The notes under the pieces: generated by a model | Seen by the model: the letters and a program-made list of their open reading frames with translations, nothing else | What the model was told of the DNA's origin: nothing | Databases searched by the model: none | In this document: positions 41,331 through 52,641 of the stretch, piece by piece | How the letters are laid out: every line of letters starts with the position of its first letter | How positions within the stretch are numbered: position 1 is the first letter of the stretch | Translations under genes and position numbers: made by a program | Assembly (NCBI GenBank): GCA_963817895.1 | Contig: CAWFQB010000010.1 | Span: 32,001-96,000 of the forward strand | Source: an uncultured Chthonomonadaceae bacterium | GTDB taxonomy: Bacteria; Armatimonadota; Chthonomonadetes; Chthonomonadales; Chthonomonadaceae | DNA length: 64,000 bases | Direction of reading: 5' to 3'

Positions 41331-44300
41331 ATGACGACGCAGGCAAACAATTTCTATATCACGGGGGAACTCTGCCCCTGGACTCCGGCTCGTATGTGAC
41401 GCGGCAGGCGGACACGGAACTGCTGGAAGGACTGAAGCGCGGCGAGTTCTGCTATGTGCTGAACACGCGGCAGATGGGCAAGTCGTCGCTCATGGTGCGA
41501 ACGGCGCGCGACCTGCGAAAGATGGGCTGCCGCATCATTATCCTGGACCTGACGGCCATCGGCCAGAATTTGACTATCGAATAGTGGTACTCCGGGCTGG
41601 TGGGACGCATCGCGCAGCAAACCGACCGGGAGGACGAACTGCTCGACTTCTGGGAAGCGCATGCAACTCTGGGGCCGATGCAGCGATTTGTCGAAACCCT
41701 GCGCCGCGTTCTGTTGACGCGCAAGCCGTCCGGCGAGACAGGCAACGCGGCGGGAGTGGCGGAGGACGGCAGGCTTGTTTTGTTCATAGACGAGATTGAC
41801 GCGGTGCGCAGCCTGCCGTTTTCCACCGACGAGTTTTTCGCCGGCATCCGCGAGTGTTACAATCACAAGGCGACCGAGTTTGCGTTCAACAATCTTACCT
41901 TCTGTCTGCTGGGCATGGCGACGCCGAGCGATCTGATCCGCGATACCCGCGTCACTCCCTTCAACATCGGACAGCGTATCGAACTGCGCGACTTTACCCG
42001 CGAAGAAGCCCTGCCGCGAGCGGCAGGGCTGAAAATACAGCGCAGTGAACCGGAAGCGGAACTGCTGCTCGAGCGCGTTCTTTACTGGACGGGCGGGTAT
42101 CCCTACATGACGCAGCGCCTTTGCCGCGCCGTTGCCGACAGCCTGACCGCGCAGAGTGAAAGTCCGAATGTTTCGAGTTGGAGCGGCAAGCGGGACGGGA
42201 TCGAAGACGCCGCTCTGGTGGACAGCCTGTGTCAGCGTTTGTTTTTAACCCGAACGGCGCAGGAGACGGATGACAACCTGGCGTTCCGCGCGCGCGCCTG
42301 CTGCACAGCGAGGAAGACCGCGCGGCCCTGCTGGATTTGTACGGGCAGGTGCGGCGTGGTAAGCGGGTACGGGATGATGAAACGAACCCCCTGTGTCCCA
42401 TACTGCGGCTGTCGGGCGTGGTGAAGGCGTCGGGCGGCGCGCTGCTCCTGCGCAACGCGATTTACGCGCGCGTGTTCGATGCCGCCTGGATTGCCGAGTA
42501 CATGCCGGATGCCGAAGTGAGGCGGCAGAAACGCGCGTTTCGGCGGGGCGTTTTGCGAACCGCAGCCGTGTTCGGCAGCCTGACCCTTGTGATTGGCGCG
42601 TTGCTGTTCGTCGCCGTTGTGAACGCGAAGCGCGCCCACGTTGCCGAAGCCGACGCGCAGAAGCAGGCGGCGTATGCCCGCGAACAGGCGGATTATGCCC
42701 GCGAGCAAGCGCAGGCCGCTTCCCAATTGCTCTACGACGCGAACATGAACCAGGTACAGCATGATTGGGAACTGGGAAATTTAACAGTCGCGAACGGCCT
42801 GCTGCAAGAGACGAAAGACAGCCCGGCGTGCGGTTTCGAGTGGGAGTATTGGAACCGCCTGCAAAACGAGTACGCCGCGCCCCTCCCCACGACAAACTTG
42901 TTCTGGGCATTGATCGCGCCGGACAATCGCACACTGGGGGTAATCACGCGGGAGGAACAATCCCCGGAAAAAGGCCGCTTTACCGCGCGGGATTTGTTCA
43001 CCGGAATTGCGCGGTTTTCCACTCCGGCGCGTTGTCTTGTATCGCCGTCCCTGGCGTATTCGCCGGACGGCAGCCGCCTGCTGCTGTGCGTCGGCAAAAC
43101 CGTGGAAGTGAGGGACGCGCAGAACGGACGGCTGCTGCAAATGGTTCCCGCGCGACAGGAGGACGTTCTCACCTTCCAGTTCACGAGGGACGGCGCGGCG
43201 ATTCTGGTGGCGCGAACCGGGGGATTGCTGACGCTTTGGGATTGTCACACGGAAAGAACGCTATGGGAACGCAAAATACCTGTAACAGATAGGGTCTGCA
43301 TTGTCACGAGTGATAAGAGCGCGGCTACAATTATAGCAACAGGCGAATATACAGGCGTGATGCAGATTTGGGATATTGCAGCCGGCGACGAATTGTACCG
43401 TAATGACCGGAATTTCAATTGCGGGCCGCTTGCCTTTTCGCCCGATGGCCGCTTTCTTGTGGGAAGGCAAGCGGAGATGGGATTGAAATCCTTGAACTGT
43501 CAACGCGCGCGCTGCGAAATCTCTTCGACCCTCCCGGCCCCGCCTATTCCTACCACTTTTCCCGGATAAACGTCGGCTGACAGTGGGCTATGCGGGGCGC
43601 ATTTGTACCTATGATATGTCGTCAGGCCGCCTTCTGAGCGACCCTCCCAAGTCCAGTACCGGCTGTGACGAGGTATGTATTTCCCCGAATGGCCGCTTCG
43701 CGCTTCGCGCCGAGAGAGATGACAAATTTCACTTTGTCCGAACCACGCCCCGCGCCGCTTCCCTGCGCCTGATTCCGCCTTCCGCGCCGCAAGTCCTGCC
43801 TGATGGCAAATCGCGTCGCGCTCCGCTGTGGAGAAGTCGTTACTCGCCCGACGGCCGGCGGCTGGCGACCCCCTGTGGGGATGGCAACGTGTATCTATGG
43901 GACACCGGCACGGGGAAATTGCTTCAAACGCTGCGAGGCGACGGGGTACGGGCGAATGTCGCCGCGTTTTCCCACGATGGCAGCCGCCTTGCCGTAGGCG
44001 ACGATGCGGGCCGGATCAGCCTGTGGGATTTGCAAGCCGGGAAGCGCCTGATTCAATTTCGCGCCCACATCAGGCTGAACACCCATATACCGGACCAAAC
44101 AGGACTGGTCAACGATATACGCTTCACTTTGGATGATCGGCAGTTACTCACAGCCGGCGACGACTTCACCGCGAAAATATGGGACTTGGCGGCGGGAAGC
44201 GGAACCGCGCCACGCCTGCATATCGCGCTGCAAGGGCATACCTATGCCGTGGAGTGTTTCCTACTTGCTCCTGACGGCGCCACTCTGCTGACGGGCAGTG

Positions 44301-44716
44301 ATGATGGAACGGCAAAACTGTGGGAGCGCCGTACCGGGCGTCTGCTGGCTACCTTCAAGTCGTCGGCGGAAATCTGGAGCGCGGCGTTTTCGCCGGATGG
44401 CAGGCAGATTGCCCTTGCCACGCTGTATAAAACCGCTGAAGTATGGGACATCGGCACACATCGGAAACTTCACACCCTCAGCGGGCATCTGGATTGGGTG
44501 ACGGATGTGGCCTACTCGCCGGACGGCAAGCGCATCATAACGAGCAGCAGAGACAAAACGGTGAAACTGTGGGACGCGCAAACGGGCCGGGAACTGCTCA
44601 CGCTGCGCGGGCATACCAAACAGGTTATCAGCGTCGCCTTTTCTCCGAACGGGCGTCAAATCGCCACATCCGGTTCCGATGGAATCGCGCGTCTGTGGAA
44701 TACCGATACCAACTAA
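41331..44716 (+). CDS. AAA_35 ATPase-TM-WD40 protein (frameshifts and in-frame TAG at 41582)
   Basis: YVTRQAD...[57 protein letters not shown] linker; many WD40 repeats. Confidence 0.85.
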
Positions 44717-44821
44717 TACAGGCTGCTTGAAGTTGGACGCGCACGTCATCTGGCGCGCTGTGTCCCGTTCATGGCTAAAGACAGGAAAAATCAGGTTCTT
44801 CCCCGTGTTCCCTGTGGTCTA

Positions 44822-45817
44822 TCATTCCCCTGGTTGCGCGAAGTGGCAGGCGGCGAACTGTCCATCACCCATTGCGCGTAGCGCGGGAACTTCCTGTGCG
44901 CAAATCTCCTGCGCGAGGGGACAGCGGGTTCGGAAACGGCAGCCGGAAGGCACATCAACGGGGGAAGGCACGTCGCCTTCCAGTAGCGGTCGGTCGTGGC
45001 GCAACGCGGGATCGGCAATGGGCGCGGATGCAAGCAGCAGTTGCGTATACGGGTGTTTGGGCAGGGAAAAGACGCGCTCGCTCGGCCCCTCTTCCACAAT
45101 CACGCCAAGATACATTACGCACACGCGGTCACAGAAATGCCGCACGATAGACAGGTCATGCGCGATAAACAGGTACGCCAATCCGCGCTCCGCCTGAATG
45201 TCGGACAGCAAATTCAGTATCTGCGCCCGAATCGAGACATCGAGGGCGGAAATCGGCTCGTCCAGTATCAGCAGTTTGGGATTGGTGGCGAGGGCGCGGG
45301 CAATCCCGATGCGCTGCCGCTGTCCGCCCGAAAATTCATGCCCGTAGCGCGTGGCGAATTCGGGACGCAGCCCGACATTTTGCAGCAGTTCGCGGGCGCG
45401 TTCCAATCCCTCCTGCCGCGAAGTCACCAGTTTGTGGGCGCGTAACGGCTCGGCTACAATGTCGCCGATCATCATGCGCGGGTCCAGAGCGGCATACGGG
45501 TCCTGAAAGACGATGTTCATGCGCTGCCGCATCCGGCGCAAACCTTCGCCCTGCAACGCCAGCACGTTTTCGCCCTCCAGGTGTACCTGCCCGCCTGTCG
45601 GCTGCAACAGCCGCAGAATGGCCCGTCCCGCCGTGCTTTTGCCACAGCCGCTTTCCCCCACCAGTCCAACCGTCTCTTTCGCGCCAACGGTCAGATCAAT
45701 GCCATCCACTGCCCGCACGGTTTTTATCGCCATGCGCCAGCCCTGCCGCTGATGTATATGAAAGTGCTTGACCAATCCCTGTACCGTCAGCAGCGTTCCC
45801 GCTTCAGCATGTCTCAC
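44822..45817 (-). CDS. oppF: oligopeptide/dipeptide ABC transporter ATP-binding protein (OppF-like)
   Basis: GESGCGKST, FSGGQRQR, HPYT and GCRFRTRCP. Confidence 0.9.
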   Translation of the reverse strand: MRHAEAGTLLTVQGLVKHFHIHQRQGWRMAIKTVRAVDGIDLTVGAKETVGLVGESGCGKSTAGRAILRLLQPTGGQVHLEGENVLALQGEGLRRMRQRMNIVFQDPYAALDPRMMIGDIVAEPLRAHKLVTSRQEGLERARELLQNVGLRPEFATRYGHEFSGGQRQRIGIARALATNPKLLILDEPISALDVSIRAQILNLLSDIQAERGLAYLFIAHDLSIVRHFCDRVCVMYLGVIVEEGPSERVFSLPKHPYTQLLLASAPIADPALRHDRPLLEGDVPSPVDVPSGCRFRTRCPLAQEICAQEVPALRAMGDGQFAACHFAQPGE

Positions 45818-45893
45818 GTTTCTGCTCCTCGATTCAAAAACTTGTCGTTTGGCCTCTCACCTGAAACCTTAAAACCATAGAACCCTGAAAACT

Positions 45894-46865
45894 TTACCCG
45901 CCGTACAAATAACAGCGTGTGGTTTGCCCCGGTTCGGGTTCGGTGTATTCGGGTTCTCGCGTGGGACAAATAGCCATACGATGCGGGCAACGGGGCGTGA
46001 AGGGGCAGCCGGGGGGAAGATGCGCGAGATCGGGCGGCTGTCCGGCGATTGTGGACAGGCGGCGCGAACCGGCCTGCTGGAACTGCGGCAGGCTGGCAAG
46101 CAGTCCCTGCGTATACGGGTGTTTGGGCGCGCGGAATATCTGCTCCACGCTGCCGCTTTCCACCAGCATACCCGCGTACATCACCAAAACGCGATCACAC
46201 ACTTCGGCCACAACCCCTAAATCGTGCGTAATCAGCACAATGCCCGTATCGGTCTGCTTTTGCATCCCGGCCATCAGCGCCAGCACCTGCGCCTGAACGG
46301 TCACGTCCAGCGCGGTTGTCGGCTCGTCGGCTATAAGAAGTTCGGGGTTGCAGGCAAAGGCCATCGCGATCATCACGCGCTGCCGCTGCCCGCCCGAAAT
46401 TTCGTGCGGGTACTGCCGCAAACGCAGTTCCGGGTTGGGAATACGCATATCGCGGAATAGCTGCAACACGCGGTCACGCGCTTCACTCCTGCTTGCGCCC
46501 CGATGCAGACGGATAGGTTCCGCAACCTGCGTCCCCAGTGTCATAGTCGGGTTCAGGCACGAAAACGGGTCCTGAAACACCATTGCCATGCGCGAACCGC
46601 GCAATTTCTGCATCTCCCGCGCCGATTTGTCGACAAGTTCCACGCCATCTAATTTGACTGAGCCACCCGTGATTTTGCCCGGCGGTGAGGGGATCAGCCC
46701 CATAATGGACAGCGACGTAACGCTTTTGCCCGATCCCGACTCGCCCACAATGCCAACGGTTTCGCCCCGCGCCACCTGAAACGTCACGCCGCGAACGGCC
46801 TGCACCTTCCCCCCGGGCGTTTGAAACTCCGTGCGTAGATTTTCCACTTCCAGTAACGCGCTCAT
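45894..46865 (-). CDS. oppD: oligopeptide/dipeptide ABC transporter ATP-binding protein (OppD-like)
   Basis: GESGSGKS, YPHEISGGQRQR and ADEPTTALD. Confidence 0.9.
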   Translation of the reverse strand: MSALLEVENLRTEFQTPGGKVQAVRGVTFQVARGETVGIVGESGSGKSVTSLSIMGLIPSPPGKITGGSVKLDGVELVDKSAREMQKLRGSRMAMVFQDPFSCLNPTMTLGTQVAEPIRLHRGASRSEARDRVLQLFRDMRIPNPELRLRQYPHEISGGQRQRVMIAMAFACNPELLIADEPTTALDVTVQAQVLALMAGMQKQTDTGIVLITHDLGVVAEVCDRVLVMYAGMLVESGSVEQIFRAPKHPYTQGLLASLPQFQQAGSRRLSTIAGQPPDLAHLPPGCPFTPRCPHRMAICPTREPEYTEPEPGQTTRCYLYGG

Positions 46866-46988
46866 GCGGTTTCCCTCTTTACAGCATACGCCTTATTTAA
46901 CAACACGCCTTCAGGGTCTGTAAATCTAAATCTTTCCGGCAGACACAACATGTTGTGTCCCTACATTGGGGAACTTGCTCTTTATCGC

Positions 46989-47022
46989 AAAACGCCCCCA
47001 TTGCAGTTGCAAATGAGGGCGC
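46989..47022 (-). terminator. terminator after rplA
   Basis: aaaa-cgccccca ttgcagttgc aaatgagggcg hairpin. Confidence 0.6.
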
Positions 47023-47058
47023 TCGGCTTGTTCAGGTTAAAACGATTGCACACGATGA

Positions 47059-47835
47059 TTACTGGCGTTCGAGCAATTTTGCCATGACCGCTGTATCAAT
47101 TTGCAGGCTCGGCCCCATCGTGGACGTGAGCGTGATTTTCTTCACGTACTTGCCTTTCGCGGCGGCAGGCTTGGCCTTTATCAGCGCGTTCAGCAGGGCG
47201 GTGAAGTTGGCATGAAGGTGTTCGACCGGATAGCTGGCTTTGCCAATCGGCGCGTGAACGATGCCGTTTTTATCCACGCGGAACTCGGCTCGCGTCGCGC
47301 CTTTAATGTCGCGCACAACCTGTCCGATGTTGGGGCTGACCGTTCCGGCTTTGGGGTTGGGCATTTTCTGCTTCAGAATCTGACCCAGGCGACCCACGAG
47401 CGGCATCATGTCCGGGGAAGCGACCAGAATATCGCACGACGCGCCGCCCTCTTTCTGGATGCGCTCCACCAAATCTTCCGCGCCCACGAAGTCCGCGCCC
47501 GCCGCCTGCGCATCGGCGGCTTTTTCGCCCCGCGCAAACACCCACACTACGCGCGTTTTGCCCGTGCCATGCGGCAGGTTGGTTGTGCCGCGCACCATCT
47601 GATCGCCATGCCGGGGATCAACGCCCAGGTTAATAGCCGTTTCCACCGTTTCATCGAACTTGGCCGTCGCCAGTTCCTTGACGCGGGCAAAGGCCGCATC
47701 CGGTTCCATCAACTCCGTTACATCTACGCCTTTGGCAATCGCCAGAAATCGCTTGCTGTGCTTGGCGCGATTATGTTTCGCCTGACGCCGCGCTGCGGTC
47801 GAAAGTCCATGCTTTTCCGCTTTGCCGTCATCCAT
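47059..47835 (-). CDS. rplA: 50S ribosomal protein L1
   Basis: AKFDETVE, VRGTTNLPHGTGK, MPNPKAGTV and STMGP. An RBS-linked ATG at 47872 is out of frame, probably an indel. Confidence 0.97.
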   Translation of the reverse strand: MDDGKAEKHGLSTAARRQAKHNRAKHSKRFLAIAKGVDVTELMEPDAAFARVKELATAKFDETVETAINLGVDPRHGDQMVRGTTNLPHGTGKTRVVWVFARGEKAADAQAAGADFVGAEDLVERIQKEGGASCDILVASPDMMPLVGRLGQILKQKMPNPKAGTVSPNIGQVVRDIKGATRAEFRVDKNGIVHAPIGKASYPVEHLHANFTALLNALIKAKPAAAKGKYVKKITLTSTMGPSLQIDTAVMAKLLERQ

Positions 47836-47986
47836 CGTTGCGTTGCGGGGCGGTTGTTTCTACATCTGCCATTGTGTTTGTTCTCCTGTGGTAGTAGCGG
47901 AGCCGAAGAGACTCCTTCCACGAGTGGGAAGATAAGAGATACAGAGGGAAGAGCAGTTTGTGCATTTTACTCGTATCTCGTATCTC

Positions 47987-48388
47987 CTATCTCTTATCTT
48001 TCTTTTCTTCTTTCGTCGGTGTCAGCATCTGCCGATCCGAATTGGGTTCCAGAGTGCGCTGTCCGATTTGGGACCAGACGAGGGTGATAATCAGCAATCC
48101 CCATAGCCCCAGGCCATACGCCACGCCGTTGACAACATTGCGCGTATTGTTCGCGTTGAACAGCACGTTCGCCATCACTTGCAGACACGCCATGCCCGCA
48201 AATGCGGCCAGCAAACCTGTCCATACCGATTTGAAATAAAAGCGACCTTTGCGCCGATCCTGCTGCTGCGTGGCGACGTGGTAAGGCAGCGATCCATCAA
48301 GGCGCGTAACGCGCTCACGTAACGCCATCCATAACATCGCGAACAGACTGAGTATAAACAAACTCACCGCAGCAGAGGAAACAACCAT
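47987..48388 (-). CDS. small 3-TM membrane protein between rplK and rplA
   Basis: RBS AAGGAG, three hydrophobic segments. Confidence 0.6.
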   Translation of the reverse strand: MVVSSAAVSLFILSLFAMLWMALRERVTRLDGSLPYHVATQQQDRRKGRFYFKSVWTGLLAAFAGMACLQVMANVLFNANNTRNVVNGVAYGLGLWGLLIITLVWSQIGQRTLEPNSDRQMLTPTKEEKKDKR

Positions 48389-48410
48389 CGTGTCGCTCCT
48401 TTTCAGATCA

Positions 48411-48518
48411 GGTTGTTAGTTGTTAGGTTGTTAGGTTGTTAGGTTAAAACACTTCAGTTCCTATCAAACTACCGTATCTCGGCAACCTGATAACCTAACA
48501 ACTAACAACCTAACAACC
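48411..48518. repeat. heptamer/octamer tandem-repeat hairpin (TTGTTAG[G])
   Basis: ggttgttagttgttaggttgttagg...cctaacaactaacaacctaacaacc. Confidence 0.85.
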
Positions 48519-48940
48519 TATGCCACATCTACTCCCATTGAACGGGCTGTGCCGGCAATGATTTTCATCGCGCCCTCAATGTCGTTGGCGTTCAGGTCGG
48601 GCATTTTCTGCTCGGCGATCTGACGGATTTGCTCCTGTGTCAGGCTGCCGACCTTTTCGCGGTTGGGACGCCCGGAGCCTTTGGCGGCAGCCGCCATTTT
48701 CTTGATCAGGTCGGCGGCGGGCGGCGTTTTGGTAACAAAGGTGAATGAGCGGTCTTCATAAATGGTGATTTCAACCGGGATAATAGACCCGGCCTGCGCC
48801 GCTGTCTTTTCGTTGTATCCCTTGATGAACTCCATCATGTTGATGCCGTAGGGTCCAAGCGTGGAACCGACGGGCGGCGCGGGAGTCGCTTTGCCCGCGG
48901 CAATCTGAAGCTTGACAACAGCGGTAATTTTTTTTGCCAT
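48518..48940 (-). CDS. rplK: 50S ribosomal protein L11
   Basis: [11 protein letters not shown]...KTPPAA...GTARSMG. Confidence 0.98.
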   Translation of the reverse strand: MAKKITAVVKLQIAAGKATPAPPVGSTLGPYGINMMEFIKGYNEKTAAQAGSIIPVEITIYEDRSFTFVTKTPPAADLIKKMAAAAKGSGRPNREKVGSLTQEQIRQIAEQKMPDLNANDIEGAMKIIAGTARSMGVDVA

Positions 48941-48949
48941 GAGAGTCCT

Positions 48950-49504
48950 CTAAACTACTTTCTCCACCTGCGAGAAATCCAGTTCCACAGGCGTATCGCG
49001 TCCAAAGATGGAAATCAGCACTTTCAATTTTTCTTTGGCCGCTTCCACGTTTTCAATCTTGCCGGTAAATTCGGTGAAGGGGCCAGCCGTAACGCGCACG
49101 GTTTCGCCCTTTTCGTATTTGATGACCGCAACCGGAACCGTACCCTCCATCGCGCTGAGAATTTCTTTCACTTCATGCTGCGGCAGGGGGGTGGGGCGGT
49201 TGCCTGGTGGCGGGGGCGGAATAAAGCCGGTGACGCCGATTGTGGATTTGACCAGATACCAGGTGGTATCGTCCATTTCCATTTCAATCAGCACATAGCC
49301 GGGGTACAGCTTGCGCTTTACCTCGACTTTGGTGGACGGCTTGCCTGCTTTTCCCGCCCGCGACTTTACTTCCGTTTCGGTCGGCACAAGAATACGGTTG
49401 ATCTTTTCGCCCAGCTTCATTGTCCGAGCGCGTTGTTCGATGTTGGTCTTGACCTTGTTCTCGTGGCCCGAATAGGTATGGATAGCATACCACTGTCGTT
49501 GCAT
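48950..49504 (-). CDS. nusG: transcription termination/antitermination factor NusG
   Basis: WYAIHTYSGHENKV...YPGYVLIEM...IFGRDTPVELDF. Confidence 0.98.
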   Translation of the reverse strand: MQRQWYAIHTYSGHENKVKTNIEQRARTMKLGEKINRILVPTETEVKSRAGKAGKPSTKVEVKRKLYPGYVLIEMEMDDTTWYLVKSTIGVTGFIPPPPPGNRPTPLPQHEVKEILSAMEGTVPVAVIKYEKGETVRVTAGPFTEFTGKIENVEAAKEKLKVLISIFGRDTPVELDFSQVEKVV

Positions 49505-49560
49505 GTTTCCTCCACCTTTAGCGCGCGGCGGGTTCCGGCGCAGTGATTGCGTCGGGCGAA

Positions 49561-49788
49561 TTACCCCCGGTGCAGGATGCGAGCAAAAATAGCTCCCAGT
49601 ATCACATCCATAATGCCCATATAAATGCCCAGCACAATAATGACGCCGATCACGATATAGGTCAATTTGAGGGCTTCAGGGCGCGTGGGCCACGTTGTTT
49701 TTTGCAGTTCCGTCAGCACTTCCTGCAAATAACTCGTCTTCTGCGGAGCCGCTTCTGCGACAATGGGACCGGGTTGTTCTACCGACAT
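49561..49788 (-). CDS. secE: preprotein translocase subunit SecE
   Basis: ELQKTTWPTR plus TM, located before nusG. Confidence 0.92.
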   Translation of the reverse strand: MSVEQPGPIVAEAAPQKTSYLQEVLTELQKTTWPTRPEALKLTYIVIGVIIVLGIYMGIMDVILGAIFARILHRG

Positions 49789-49809
49789 GGCTGCACCTGT
49801 AAATTCAGG

Positions 49810-49880
49810 GGGTAGGGAGTGGGGAGTAGGGAGTAGGACAATTGTTTTTCCTACTCCCTACTCTCTACCATCTACTTCCT
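49810..49880. repeat. heptamer tandem-repeat hairpin (TAGGGAG)
   Basis: gtagggagtggggagtagggagtagg...cctactccctac. Confidence 0.8.
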
Positions 49881-49959
49881 ATAACGTGGGCGGGAAATCG
49901 TACGGAAATCTTCCTGTAGCGACTTCCCGCCCGGTTTGTGTGGCGCGACGCGCCGAAAA

Positions 49960-50035
<76 letters not shown>

Positions 50036-50046
50036 AGGAAGAGGCA

Positions 50047-50121
50047 AGAGATACGAGATACGAGATACGAGAAGCATGCAGCTTCTCTTACCTTGTATCT
50101 CCTATCTCCTATCTCGTATCT
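50047..50121. repeat. heptamer tandem-repeat hairpin (GAGATAC)
   Basis: gagatacgagatacgagatacgag...gtatctcctatctcctatctcgtatct. Confidence 0.85.
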
Positions 50122-50290
50122 ACTTCGCTTCCCGATGAAGCGTATGTTTGCGACAGGTGGGACGCGGGCAATATTTGTTGAGTTCCATGCGCGCCTGATG
50201 CTTGATACGGTTCTTGGAAGTCGTATAGTTTCGTGAACGACAGACGGTGCATGCCATATTGATGACGATGCGTGTGTCTTTCTGTGCCAT
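50120..50290 (-). CDS. rpmG: 50S ribosomal protein L33 (Zn-binding form)
   Basis: Manual translation MAQKDTRIVINMACTVCRSRNYTTSKNRIKHQARMELNKYCPRPTCRKHTLHREAK. Below the ORF-track cutoff. Confidence 0.95.
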   Translation of the reverse strand: MAQKDTRIVINMACTVCRSRNYTTSKNRIKHQARMELNKYCPRPTCRKHTLHREAK

Positions 50291-50354
50291 GTTGGGTTAT
50301 CCAATAAAGCGTAACCGTCAGGACTGGCCCGGCGATTACGCGGAAACGCGCCGA

Positions 50355-51554
<1,200 letters not shown>

Positions 51555-51681
51555 TTTCTCAAATTTCTCCCATTTCAATACTCAGCCGACCTTGCGACCG
51601 ACTGCAACAACCTGACAATGCGCTCAACCTAAAACGTTTGTAACACTTACGAGCGAAGACAACATTGTCAGTAGTTAGACC

Positions 51682-51753
51682 GGCCCACAATGGGAATCGG
51701 ACCCATGACCTCTTCTTTACCAAAGAAGTGCTCTGCCTCTGAGCTATGTGGGC
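51682..51753 (-). tRNA. tRNA-Thr(GGT)
   Basis: GCCCACATAGCTCAGAGGCAGAGCACTTCTTT-GGT-AAAGAAGAGGTCATGGGTCCGATTCCCATTGTGGGC. No encoded CCA. Confidence 0.93.
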
Positions 51754-51765
51754 GGGGTGTTGGCA

Positions 51766-51830
51766 GGGAGTAGGTTGTAGGGAGTGGGGAGTAGAAAACG
51801 AACTTCCTACTCCCTACAACCTACTCCCTG
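51766..51830. repeat. heptamer tandem-repeat hairpin between tRNAs
   Basis: agggagtaggttgtagggagt...actccctacaacctactccct. Confidence 0.8.
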
Positions 51831-51833
51831 CGC

Positions 51834-51918
51834 TGGTGGCGAGAAGAGGATTCGAACCTCTGAAGTTAAAAACAACTGATTTACAGTCAGTCCCCGTTGG
51901 CCGCTTGGGTATCTCGCC
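51834..51918 (-). tRNA. tRNA-Tyr(GTA)
   Basis: GGCGAGATACCCAAGCGGCCAACGGGGACTGACT-GTA-AATCAGT...GGTTCGAATCCTCTTCTCGCCACCA, with a long variable arm. Confidence 0.97.
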
Positions 51919-51930
51919 ACGTCTTGAAAT

Positions 51931-51997
51931 AGTGAGAGTGGAGAGTGAGAGTGAAAGAACAAGATTTTACTCTCACTCTCACTCTCCACTCTCACTA
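51931..51997. repeat. tandem-repeat hairpin (AGTGAG-based)
   Basis: agtgagagtggagagtgagagtga...tcactctcactctccactctcact. Confidence 0.8.
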
Positions 51998-52091
51998 CAA
52001 TTTGTATGACAGTTGCCCTCCTGTAAATGGTTGCACTGTCGCCACACAAAGTTTTACTCGGAGAACGAAAGTTCTACCGAGTGTATGATGA

Positions 52092-52120
52092 ATTATAGCA
52101 CAGGGTTTGGGGAAAGTCAA
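52092..52120 (-). promoter_or_regulatory. sigma70 promoter of the tRNA-tuf operon
   Basis: TTGACT-N17-TATAAT. Confidence 0.75.
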
Positions 52121-52641
52121 GGCGGAAGCGGAAGGTTGACCGCGCGACTTTTCACGGATTTCTGTGTAAGATGATAGTTCTTCATTCTTAAGGCAGAAGT
52201 TTTCTTCACTGACAGCAATTGTCAGATGCGGAACGGAAAAAGATTGCTGCGTTTTCAGCGCGATAAAATAAATACGATTATTTTTGAAACTGGTAAAATT
52301 TTCCTCATTTTTCTGTCGAATTAGCCCGAATGTACGTTATAATGAACCATTGCCGCGTTGCAGTTCTAAACGCTCCGCAACGCAGCGTTGCCCCGATGCT
52401 CCTGCTTGGAACACCTCGCCGTTTTCCCAATTTCTAATTTCATTGTTTGTTATTGTTTGTTGTTGCCCCGCGACCGGCAACAACGCTCATCGTGAGCGTT
52501 GTTTTGCCTGCCCACGCCTCCGAACGCCTGCCCGCGTTCAATGAGGTTGACACGTTCACTCTTGTTGTGTGACGCGCTTCACGGCGGCAAAGGATTCGAC
52601 CGGGATATACTGTTCCTGTCGAACATACCGACAATCAAGCA

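Noticed and set aside
30398..41584. In-frame TAG codons (30398, about 37500, 41582) suggesting stop-codon recoding or amber suppression
   Set aside because: The expected residues seem to differ (probably Trp versus Gln). TAG ends normal genes such as rpmG and the metalloprotease, the tRNA-Gln has a normal CTG anticodon, and another break is TAA.
51682..51753. tRNA-Thr with TCCGA T-loop, no CCA, and no tRNA-Gly in the cluster
   Set aside because: The cloverleaf is intact and such variation is within the normal range for bacterial tRNA genes.
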